Source: Octopus sinensis
Taxonomy: Eukaryota
Reading direction: 5' to 3'
Length of the DNA: 64,000 nt
NCBI RefSeq assembly: GCF_006345805.1
Contig: NC_043004.1
Coordinates: 41,540,001 to 41,604,000 of the forward strand
This document shows positions 52,888 through 64,000 of the stretch, in pieces. Both the position numbers and the translations under genes were made by a program. Every line of letters begins with the position of its first letter. The first letter of the stretch is position 1. A model generated the notes under the pieces. That model made no database searches. It was given only the letters and a program-made list of their open reading frames with translations, and was not told the origin of the DNA.

Positions 52888-53131
52888 TTTTCTAGGTATT
52901 TCATCTTTCAGATGTTCTCCCTGGAGGTAAGACAATTTTTTTCAAGTTTGTTGCACTCACGCATTTTTGCTAGTACATACGCGGTGAAGCTATACATTAG
53001 CGTCGTATTATTACGTTCGCTATTTCCAGTAAATATCGGTACTTCGTTGTGCCATATATTTACTTCTTTGTATATTTTTCCCTCACGGGCTATTCTTTAC
53101 TGGAAAGCAACACTCTAGTATTGCATTACTA

Positions 53132-53177
<46 letters not shown>

Positions 53178-53495
53178 GAGTGTATTTTACCTAGTTAACA
53201 ATTAACACGGATAAATGAATGAATGAATAGTTATATATATATATAAATGAAAGAATGGAGTTGAACGACGAATTAACAAAATTCCTTTATTCTCGACATA
53301 TGTTTCGAAGGTTGCATATTTCGAAGAGCTTCAACCGTGTTTTTCTGACGTGAATTTGCTACCCAGGTATCGGTTAACCGAATTATCCATAATAAGATAA
53401 TTCATTCAACTACTCAAATGTCTGTGTGTGTCTGTGAGTGCATATATATGTTTATATATGTATATGTATATATATTTATATAAATATATGTATGC

Positions 53496-53546
<51 letters not shown>

Positions 53547-53578
53547 CAAACATACATATACAGGCACAAATTCATCTG

Positions 53579-53656
<78 letters not shown>

Positions 53657-54242
53657 CGCATCCATACATACTGTATGTGTCTATAAATGTACGTATGTGT
53701 ACATATCCCTTCGAACATGTCAGTAATTGTATATACATGTATGTATTTGTAACAATACCTGAACACAGGGTGTGCAGAGATGTTATTTTTATAACAGTGG
53801 ACATCATGTAAACACGAGTGTGCCAATAGCTAAATCTAAAATTTGTGATATTCTCGCCAAACAATTGACCTTCCATAAGCATTTTCCCCTACGGTATGCC
53901 ATTTTAAACTATAATTCTGTTCTATATCAGGATTTTAAGAAACCCGTTCAGTAAACACAGCAAAATGAGCCACTTGGCACTTTCAAACATTACCGTATCA
54001 ACTAACTGGATTTTCGATTTCCAATATAGAACTGGCTGGTGTGTTTTGAATGTGTCAATTGTATTAACACTTGCGTATGTAAATATACATCACATCTCTT
54101 TCTCTCTCGCTTGCTCTCTCTTTCTCTCTCTCTCATCTCTCCCCCTCTGTCTCCCTTTCTCTCTATATATATAAGCATATATGTATATATATATATTTAT
54201 ATGTTGATGCAAGTAGGTATGCTTATGTACATGTTTATATAC

Positions 54243-54290
54243 ATGGACCAATCTTTGGTCGAAACATATCTAAGTTTATCTAAGTTTATA
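54243..54290 (+). mobile_element. Extreme 3' tail of the CR1-like LINE
   Basis: GGACCAATCTTTGGTCGAAACATATCTAAGTTT identical to 35635-35667. Confidence 0.75.
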
Positions 54291-54313
54291 TGTATGTATG
54301 CACACACATATCT

Positions 54314-54348
<35 letters not shown>

Positions 54349-54363
54349 CTATCTATCTATCTA

Positions 54364-54463
<100 letters not shown>

Positions 54464-54480
54464 TTCTCCCTCTCTCTCTC

Positions 54481-54537
<57 letters not shown>

Positions 54538-55559
54538 CCTCTGTCTAACAATCTTTGTCTCTGTCTCTCTCTCAATCTACGTATCTGCATATGGATATAT
54601 ACATGCATGCACGTACACATATATTTTGTATATATGGATATATGTACACACACACACACATATACACACACGTACATGGGGCGTTATTTACATATTGGTG
54701 CCCTAGATAGGACATGGCTTGTGTAGGCAGTGCACACGGAGGTATCATTTGTAGTATAGATTTTTTCCTGCCCACCATCTCTTTCACCTCTTTTTATCAT
54801 CCTTACGTCTATATTCGCCTTTACCTTCCCTCCATTATTCTGATGTTCACCGCGCTATACAGTATGTATTAGTGTGTTTGTATGCCAGCGTGCTTCTTCT
54901 TTATAAGGATGCTATTATATCTTCCTAGCTGTATATGCTATTTAAGCATCAAAATACTTTAGTATTTTTATTCCTAAGTTTTTCACCATATTTCCATGAA
55001 ATACAAACAAACGACCATGGCGGTTTGAGACTAATTTCTTATTTTAAAATCGGAAAGTTTCCAATTCGACAACAGGCATTTCGTTCTCAGAAGCATTTCC
55101 ATTGCTAATTTACTTACCAATTACTAGAAAGCTAAATAAAGATTCAGACAACAGTTCCGTTGCCGAAAGACACGAAAAGACAGAAAACAGACATTTGGTT
55201 CAAATGACTATTTTTCTTAATGTTTATATTAAAAACTTTTTTCGTCAATTTTGTTATTTTTCTTTAAATTCTTGTGATGTGTTATATATTTTTATTATTT
55301 TTATGGAAATTCGTTTCTTTTATCTGGAGGCTAAGGAAAGTTCATTATGTGATTGCATGTCTGGAGTAGAGAGTTAAGTACATGTATCTGTGCTCGTATG
55401 AGCGCACACGCGTGTGTGTATGAGAGAGTGCGCGTGAATGGTGTATATGTGTGCGCGCGCCTGTGTGATGGTGGATGTATGCATACAATCTTTTTGACAC
55501 GAACATATACGCATATCTTATAGCAATGTGTGTGCTTATTCCCATCAATCTATAATATT

Positions 55560-55662
<103 letters not shown>

Positions 55663-55756
55663 GTCTTTCTATCTGTCTATCTATTTGTCTGTCTGTCTCT
55701 CTCTATGTCTTTCTCTAACTATTCTCCCTCTGATTCTGACTTCTGTCTTTTTCTCT

Positions 55757-55965
55757 TTTTTTTCTCTTTTTACTTGTTTCAGTCATTTTGACTGCGGCCA
55801 TGCTGGTGCACCGCCTTTAATCGAGCAACTGGACCCCGGGACTTATTCTTTGTAAGCCCAGTACTTATTCTATCGGTCTCTTTTGCCGAACCGCTAAGTG
55901 ACGGGGACATAAACACACCAGCATCGGTTGTCAAGCAATGCTAGGGCGACAAACACAGACACATA

Positions 55966-56037
<72 letters not shown>

Positions 56038-56203
56038 TACGACGGGCTTCTTTCAGTTTCCGTCTACCAAATCCACTCACAAGGCTTTGGTCGGCCCGAG
56101 GCTATAGCAGAAGACACTTGCCCAAGGTGCCACGCAATGGGACTGAACCCGGAACTATGTGGTTGGTAAACAAGCTACTTACCACACAGTCACTCCTCCG
56201 CCT
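55757..56203 (-). mobile_element. SINE family A, full length
   Basis: Complete reverse complement of the family consensus with a (TA)n middle. Confidence 0.9.
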
Positions 56204-56972
56204 ATAAATTTTATTACATACATATATACATACATACATACATACATACATACATACACAACAAACACAAGCATACATACGCACGTACTCACATACGTAC
56301 ATAAATATACGCGCGTGCTCGCACAGACACACTAGCATAAATGAACTAGATGCCTTTTTTTCTCGCGAATGGAGTTTCACGTCCACGCGTTTTCAGGCGA
56401 CTGTTATTTTTCGTTATTTCGTTATCATACATTCTTCTGTGCTTCTATAACTTACTTTGTCCATTTTATAGATATCTTTTGATAAGGTGACGTATTTTTT
56501 GTATTAATATCTTTCTTTAATTTCCCAATTAAGTGTGTTTTTTCCACCGCTCTTTAACTTGTCAATTTTTTTCATTGGTAAAATGGTATATTTTTCATCA
56601 CTGTCGTTTGTTGCATTTCATTATTCAGTTTGCTGGTTGTCGTGTCTCTACTAATAAAGACAAGATTTAATTATATCACAAAAATTTCCTAAGTGCGAAA
56701 TCTATGAACGTCACAACACTCCTTATATAGCGCCCAAAGTATATTAATTAGGTACACCATGAAAAACAAGTCTCTTCGAATCTTGATATATTTAAATGCA
56801 TTTTTCCTGTCTTTCTTTCTCCCGCTGTATATGTATGTATGTATGTTGTATGTATGTATGTATGTATGTATGTATGTATGTATGTATGTATGTATGTATG
56901 TTTGTGCGTGTGTGTGTATGCATGTATACATATATATATATATACACACACACATATATATGTATAAATCTA

Positions 56973-57038
<66 letters not shown>

Positions 57039-57048
57039 GATCTATCTG

Positions 57049-57126
<78 letters not shown>

Positions 57127-57857
57127 ACGCCTCCTTCCTTCAAACGGGAAGGAAGAGCTATTTTCATCATCCTTGTGGCTATGGCGAAAGAATGTATTTG
57201 GTGGACGCGTCTGAAAGGATTGGAGACAAACACTTTCCTCTCTGGTCAATCTCTCATCAACTTCTTCAAGTACCACTTGAAAAGGAAAGTGAGAGTAGAG
57301 AGGCAAGTTTTGTCTAGCGAATGTTTTAAAAAAAGATGGGTGAATGTAGCAAGGATGGCACGTATGAATGACGAAGCCACCTTGAGCATAGTCCTATGAA
57401 CCCAGAAATTGAAAACAGAGGGTTACCCACTTGCAAACAAATGTGGTAACATATAACAATATTGACCAAGGTTATCGTGGTCTTTTTCGTAGGCTTTTCT
57501 TCCCACAGATAAACCTTACTTGCTTTCCCCTTTACACCATATATCATAACACTGTGATACACGATCCCTATTGATCGTTCTTTTTTTCCTCTTCCCCTTT
57601 TTTCCTCTTTTTTCTTCTTTTTTCATTTCTCTTTTCTTTTGTTCCTTTTCCTTTTCTTTTTTTTCTTTTTCTTTGTTCTTTTTTCTTTTATTTATTTTTT
57701 TTTGTTCTTTTCTTCCCCTTTACGATCCCTCTTGATCGAAAACCTACGCCACCCCCCTTTTTTTCTTTTGTTTTTTGTTTTTTCATCCCCCAAAAGAAAA
57801 GCTCTACCTTGTAACTTGTCCCATCTGTGTGCAGCCCTGTGTGGCCAATAAAGAAAC

Positions 57858-57858
<1 letters not shown>
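57127..57858 (+). mobile_element. 5'-truncated Tx1/L1-like LINE inside an (ATCT)n tract (ORF2 C-terminus to 57399, then 3' UTR)
   Basis: [16 protein letters not shown]...LINFFKYHLKRKVRVERQVLSSECFKKRW resembles Tx1-type ORF2 C-termini; (ATCT)n on both sides; AATAAA at the 3' end. Confidence 0.65.
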
Positions 57859-57903
<45 letters not shown>

Positions 57904-58049
57904 CTTAGTTGTATGGTTTTAGAGATAAGCATGGCAATATTATCACGCCTTAGAGATGAAGTTTCTCTTTCAAAAAGAATCTGCATTGGAGTTTTATTTG
58001 CTACTTTTTGGAACGGAACTGCGAAACTTGAACAGCTATTAATTCTGTT

Positions 58050-58089
<40 letters not shown>

Positions 58090-59426
58090 CGCCTCTGTCT
58101 CCTTTTCTCATCTCCCTTTTGCTTTTTAATATAAGTAATATAATAAAGTATATTTGTGACCTAACACATTTATAGCTATAACAATTTAGACATTTGTCTG
58201 TAATGCCAATAGGTAGATCAATTATATGGTTTTCTTCTTACCTTTAATTTCCTTATATGCACTGTCTCATAGAATAACAAAATATATTTATATATGTTCA
58301 TATTTCTGCTTTTTTTTGCCGCTACTTTATTTTTGGTTTATAGTAATTCTATTTTTTCTTCAATTTCTGTACGTAAACTCAAATTATTTCAAAACAGGCA
58401 ATCGACTCTCTTTAATAATTTCTTAAGAAACAAAATTTCTTAAATAGGAAGCTTATATAAATTATGCATAAAACCTATGATTCTAAAAGAGACCGTAAAC
58501 TCATTTTGGTTCTGTATCCACCTCTAGTACAAACCCTTTCCCTCAGGTTGTTATTTCTCGATAAAATAATGTTGTGCAAGGAGTTTCAAGACAGTAAAAG
58601 CAACCTAATTGTCTGTCTCCTTTTATTATACTTTAATTATTACAATACGCTTGTAAAAGTTACTGATTCGTTAAACTTATATAACATATATTTCCTACAC
58701 AGGGGTGCTGTTGATCATAATCAGGCAATAGATGATAGTTTCATTTTTTTTTCCCGACTCTCTTCGAGTTTTACGTTAGACGTATTACAAAACGTTAGTT
58801 TATTAAGATATACACGTAACGTGCCTTAGTACTACGCTGGTTCTTAATTTATCGGCTCAGGAGATTGAAAGTAAAGTCAATGCTGAAAATTTCATCTTCG
58901 AACATTGAGACGAAATATATGAAAAGTCTGACACTGTAGCATTTCTGTCATTCCACTTCCTTTTAATATCACTAATCAGCTCGAGAGATTGACCGAATCG
59001 TTAAAGAATCGGACAAATCTCAGTTCTGTATTTTCAGGTTCTGAGTTCGAATTCCATTTTGGCTGATTTTTTTTTTATATACTTACATACTTCTGTGAGT
59101 GGGTCAACAAAATAAGTACTAATCGAATACTGAAGTCATGAGCACATATGAAAATCAGTATTTACTTAATGGACGACAGTTTCTTCTTGTCTGAAGTGCA
59201 CGAGGCAGAGCGATATGTCCTCAAGTGGCTATGGAAACGAATCCTCGATATTGCAGTGCTTGTCTTTTGGCATGCGTTCAGTAGTTTTACTCTTTAGACC
59301 CAAAGGGCCAAAAGATCCTACTCTTTAGACCCGAAAGGCTGAACATAGTGGTTCAGTGGGCTCAGATAGCTGCGGTGGCTACCAGACTGTAAATTTTACA
59401 TTGGAGTTATTTTCTAGATGAATTAC

Positions 59427-59503
59427 CTTATAAAACCGGAAAGCTCCATCTTCACTGAAGTTTTCGAAAGGGTGTCAAAAGAAAGCCGGACTGCTTGAGC
59501 GAC
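59427..59503 (-). CDS. Candidate exon (VAQAVRLSFDTLSKTSVKMELSGFI), possibly containing a start codon
   Basis: TATTTTCAG acceptor, AAG|GTAATT donor, one open frame, AAGATGG context; no homolog recognised. Confidence 0.2.
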
Positions 59504-59588
59504 CTGAAAATATTTATTTAATCAATGAATTATTATCAATATTTAATAACATGTTCAGAATATTCTGCAGGATTATATTTTAGGCTAA

Positions 59589-59830
59589 TAAGGCGGCGAG
59601 CTGGCAGAAATGTTAGCACGCCGGGCGAAATGCTTAGCGGTATTTCGTCTGCCGTTACGTTATGAGTTCAAATTCCGCCGAGGTCGACTTTGCCTTTCAT
59701 CCTTTCGAGGTCGATAAATTAAGTACCAGTTACGCACTGGGGTTGATGTAATGGACTTAATCCGTTTGCCTGTCCTTGTTTGTCCCCTCTGTGTTTTGCC
59801 CCCTGTGGGTAGTAAAGAAATAGATATTTT
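59589..59830 (+). mobile_element. SINE family B monomer
   Basis: Full head through GTGGGTAGTAAAGAAATAG. Confidence 0.9.
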
Positions 59831-60147
59831 AGGCTAATGATCGTAATTCATATTTCCACGGTTATTACTTTTTAGGTTTGAATTTACAATTTACATTTCC
59901 ACAGTTACTTCAGTTATATTTTTGTTTGATTGTTACTTTCCGAGATGAGTTCTATTATTTCCGTACCGAGTATTTATTTTCTATAAATCTATTCGTATAT
60001 TGCAATGATTTGAATAATATCCGGCATTCATACCTAACACGGAGTTACATTTCATTTGCACATTGGACCTGTTATTCCCTTTTTTGTGATTAAACAGAAA
60101 GTGAAAGTACATTCTAGTGTCACCTGTTGTAGCTTTTACCACTCATT

Positions 60148-60186
<39 letters not shown>

Positions 60187-61604
60187 CTCAGAATACATTT
60201 AGAGCACTTTTATGAAAAGACACAATTTATCTTTGATGTCATTCTACAACACAATCTATGTTTCTCTGCTTACAATCCCATGATATTTTAACTGAGAGGA
60301 AAATTTCATAGTGATAACATAAATCTATATTTTGTGTATATAGATTTAGAAATTCTTATTTACACAAAAATAGATTTACAAAAATCTAGCTGTATATATG
60401 GTATTATACATGAAAAAAATGATAATTTCCCGAGATTTTTCCTTTATCAATGAGTATCAGAAATATACCTGATCTGTTATTGATTCAATGGTTATCTTTC
60501 AATATATTTGATTCATATTTTGTGATCAATACCACATTATATTACATGTTTATCTGTTATCTACAAGTTATTTAAAATAAAGATCTTTTCAAATTAGAAA
60601 TATATTATATTTTTATTGATTTCATGTTTTAAAAGTAAATTGATTTCTTATGTTAATAAACATTATATTAAATAAAAATTATTAATAAAATATATAAAGC
60701 GTACATTTCATGAAATGGCTTCATAAGCATCACTTGTGATTGCAACATAATTGATGTTGTTGTTTAACCCTAGGCCAAATCTGATCAAGCATACATACAA
60801 TCAAAGTTGTTCTAGTTATGACCATTTGTTTTTCAGATATTGTGTATCTAGGACAGCATCATCCACTTAATACTTTCATTTTTAATAAGTATGATTTGAG
60901 GGAGATTTGGCTGCTGTTTCTGTCAAGTGAAACAGCATCGCAGAGGCGCATTCTTTGGCTCGAAAAGAATCGATTTTTTACTTAGTCGCTCTAGGAAGAA
61001 AAATAAAGTTATACAGTGTAAGCGACCCAATGTAACATCCTTGTCATGCACATTTAACTCTTAAAACTGCCTCATTTATATGAAATAATCACCTTATTGT
61101 GGTTTTCATTCGGATGTTTCAGATACAACTCATTCCATGTGGTGTCTTCAAGCATACTTCACGATGAATAGAATGGATGGGCCTTGAGTTCCCATTCGAC
61201 TCGATATATTGTCGGGATCGACTCCTTTACCTTCGCCTCTTTGCAGGCACACACAGACAGTGAGGTTTAATGCTCGGTGTCCTTCTCCTAGTCAGACTGC
61301 TTTTAAGTCCTGCGGAACTTGGACCTACCGCCCTGTTATAACATCGACGTAGCTATGGACATAGAAATACTTACTCATAGAGTCATACTTAAACAAAAGC
61401 TAAGAAGTGGTCTTACGGTATGCTGGACATTAGTTTGGGATCTTTTAGTTACCGCTATGTATTGCTAGATATTCTTTGACCCTACGTTGGATTTATCGTT
61501 CCTTTTGACAGGTATTCTTTATGTCCTGTTGGATCTTTAGCAAACCACTCCATCAGGTAAGGCTTCGAGTAATAGATTATAGATATATATTTTGGAGACG
61601 ATAA

Positions 61605-61965
61605 AGAGCGGAGAGCTGGCAGAATCGTTAGCACGCTGGGCGAAATGCTTAGCGGTATTTCGTCTGCCGTTACGTTCTGAGTTCAAATTCCGGGGTCGAT
61701 AAATTGAGTATCAGTTACGCACTGGGGTCGATGTAATCGACTTAATCCGTTTGTCTGTCATTGTTTGTCCCCTCTGTGTTTAGCCCCTTGTGGGTAGTAA
61801 AGAAATAGGTATTTCGTCTGCCGTTACGTTCTGAGTTGAAATTCCGCCGAGGTCGACTTTGCCTTTTATCCTTTCGGGGTCGATAAATTAAGTATCAGCC
61901 GAGATGTAATGGACTACTCCCCTCCCAAGTTTCAGGCCTTGTGTCTATAAGAGAAAAGATTATAA
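61605..61965 (+). mobile_element. SINE family B composite with internal deletion
   Basis: Head, deletion at AATTCC/GGGGTCGA, then a second unit starting TATTTCGTCTG. Confidence 0.85.
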
Positions 61966-62399
61966 GATCTATTTGACTGTGTGGACACAATCTTTTCATA
62001 ATAAGCCTCACAACACACTGGAATGATTATACAAAAATAGTTCGGACATGTATGTGTTCATGCGCAAGTCCCAAAGCCCAAGTCTTAAATATTTTTCACT
62101 TTTTTTCTCCCTTTATAGATTAGTGGTATGTAACGGGTAAAACGGAATATTTCTCACTGTTTCAACCAGCGCAAATTATTTCTTTATTTTCCCTTCTATT
62201 TTGTGCAAGAATAACAACTTAATCTTTGTATATATAAATCAAATCAGTTCAATGTCAATAAGTTTTATTACTACCATCAGTCTGTAAAAAACAGCTATTC
62301 ATTCATCCTATATCTTACTTTCAGAAATATTTATTTTCTTACAAGAATTGATTTGCTGTTATTGTTGCTCCTATTCTCCTTTTCCTCGCCCTCCCCTCC

Positions 62400-62466
62400 A
62401 CCTCCCCTCCTCCTCCTCCTCCTCCCCCTCCTATTCTTCTTCTTCTTCTTCTTCTTCTTCTTTCTT

Positions 62467-62502
<36 letters not shown>

Positions 62503-62562
62503 GATATATCTACTTAACTTCTTTCCTCCGAGAATTGATTTATTATTACCAATACATTATTA

Positions 62563-62610
<48 letters not shown>

Positions 62611-62817
62611 TATTATTATTATTATTATTATTATCATTATTATTATTATTATTATTGTTGTTGTTGTTATTATTATTATTATCATCGATATTATTATTAT
62701 TATATTGTGATTATTATTATTATTATTTTATTATTGTTATTGTTATTATTATTATTATTGTTATTGTTATTGTTATTATTATTATTATTATTATTGTTAT
62801 TATTATTATTATTATTA

Positions 62818-62848
<31 letters not shown>

Positions 62849-63062
62849 CGTCATCATCTTCATCATCATTATTCGTATTATCACCATCATCATCATCATC
62901 ATCGTCATCATCCACATTATCACCATTATCATTTAGCCTCATCATCATCATCATCATTGCTTTTGTTTAGTCCCTTTTTTGTTTATTTCTTACATTTTGT
63001 AGTTCTTTTCTATATATTTTTTATATATATATTGTGGTTGCTGTTCATTCGTCGACGGCGTT

Positions 63063-63094
<32 letters not shown>

Positions 63095-63225
63095 ATTCTT
63101 CTTCTTCTTCTTCTTCTTCTTCTTCTTCTTCTTCTTCTTCTTCTTCTTCTTCTTCTTCTTCTTCTTCTTCATTCTGTCTTCTTCTTCTTCTTCATTCTGT
63201 CTTCTTCTTCTTCTTCATTCTGTCT
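62400..63225. repeat. Compound (CCT)/(TTC)/(TAT)/(CAT) trinucleotide array
   Basis: Direct reading. Confidence 0.95.
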
Positions 63226-63519
63226 TCTTGTGTATTTGTAAAGTATTTTACAGGTTATGGTCCACCGCTGCAACACCTACCTTTTACTGGTCATTGAACA
63301 TGTTTAATGATAATATATTTTAACCGTTATTATATCAGTTAAAAGAATAAAATAATACAAAAAAAAACAACAAAAACGCGAAACAAAGAAGACACACACA
63401 TAACATACGTATTTAAGCGGATATATACACACATACGCGCGCGCACATACACATACACATACATAACACAGAAATATATATACATATATGTATTTATATG
63501 CATACATTTATATATTTAT

Positions 63520-63628
63520 AATAATCTATCTATCTATCTATCTATTTATCGATCTATGCATATGTATACGCAACTCTAGTTGAAAATATAGACGATACAA
63601 AAAGACAGCAAGAATACATACATACATG

Positions 63629-63698
<70 letters not shown>

Positions 63699-63794
63699 AT
63701 ATGTGTGTGTATATATATATATGTATATAATGTATATATATGTATATATATACACATACATACATATATATACATATACATATATATATGTATA

Positions 63795-63825
<31 letters not shown>

Positions 63826-63985
63826 GAATATATATATATATATACTTACATATGAATATGCATGTATATGTATACTTGTGTGTGGTATATATATATATAT
63901 ATTTGTATGTATATATATATATATATGTGTATGTATATACATATATGTGTGTGTCTATGTGTGTGTATGTGTGTGTGTGTAATAC
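63520..63985. repeat. (TA)n/(CA)n-type compound microsatellite
   Basis: Direct reading. Confidence 0.9.
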
Positions 63986-64000
63986 ACACCGACTCAAATG

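Larger units (their letters stand above)
52471..53070. mobile_element. 600-bp fold-back element: 276-bp inverted arms (3 mismatches), 48-nt spacer, TA at both ends; probably inverted PLE pLTRs
   Basis: 52471-52746 is the reverse complement of 52795-53070; each arm carries a full hammerhead. Confidence 0.9.

Noticed and set aside
52327-53118. Twin ORFs MADEDRSSICVQ... on opposite strands
   Set aside because: They are a by-product of the inverted repeat, start at TTG and run into TA repeat or flank.
53290-53345. Minus-strand GAAACATATGTC (hammerhead stem III and GUC)
   Set aside because: No CUGANGA core and no stem I partner; at best a decayed remnant.
61150-61560. Possible RTE-like LINE remnant or microexons (61248-61260, 61512-61556)
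   Set aside because: Motif matches are too weak and splice phases are not supported by neighbours.

Overview
This is AT-rich, microsatellite-saturated animal DNA. Its SINE families look like those of an octopus or other coleoid cephalopod (inference from repeat content). No protein-coding gene could be identified with confidence; only isolated splice-site-bounded exon candidates were seen, so the window is probably intronic or intergenic. It contains at least three tRNA-derived SINE families and fossils of Penelope-like (RT thumb + GIY-YIG), R4/Dong-like, HERO-like (RLE), Tx1-like and CR1-like retroelements. It also has a decayed DD34D mariner fused to a second Tc1/mariner, non-autonomous Helitrons and a TSD-flanked composite MITE. 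The most notable signal is five hammerhead-ribozyme folds in short elements, four of them beside (TA)n tracts. Two are complete canonical-core type I hammerheads, one per strand, in a 600-bp near-perfect palindrome (52471-53070). Three more have intact stems but variant cores (3835, 35005, 35848). A second theme is microsatellite-specific insertion: a Tx1-like LINE always in (ATCT)n, a ~540-bp element in (AAT)n, and hammerhead elements in (TA)n. All family names come from motif recognition by eye, not database searches.
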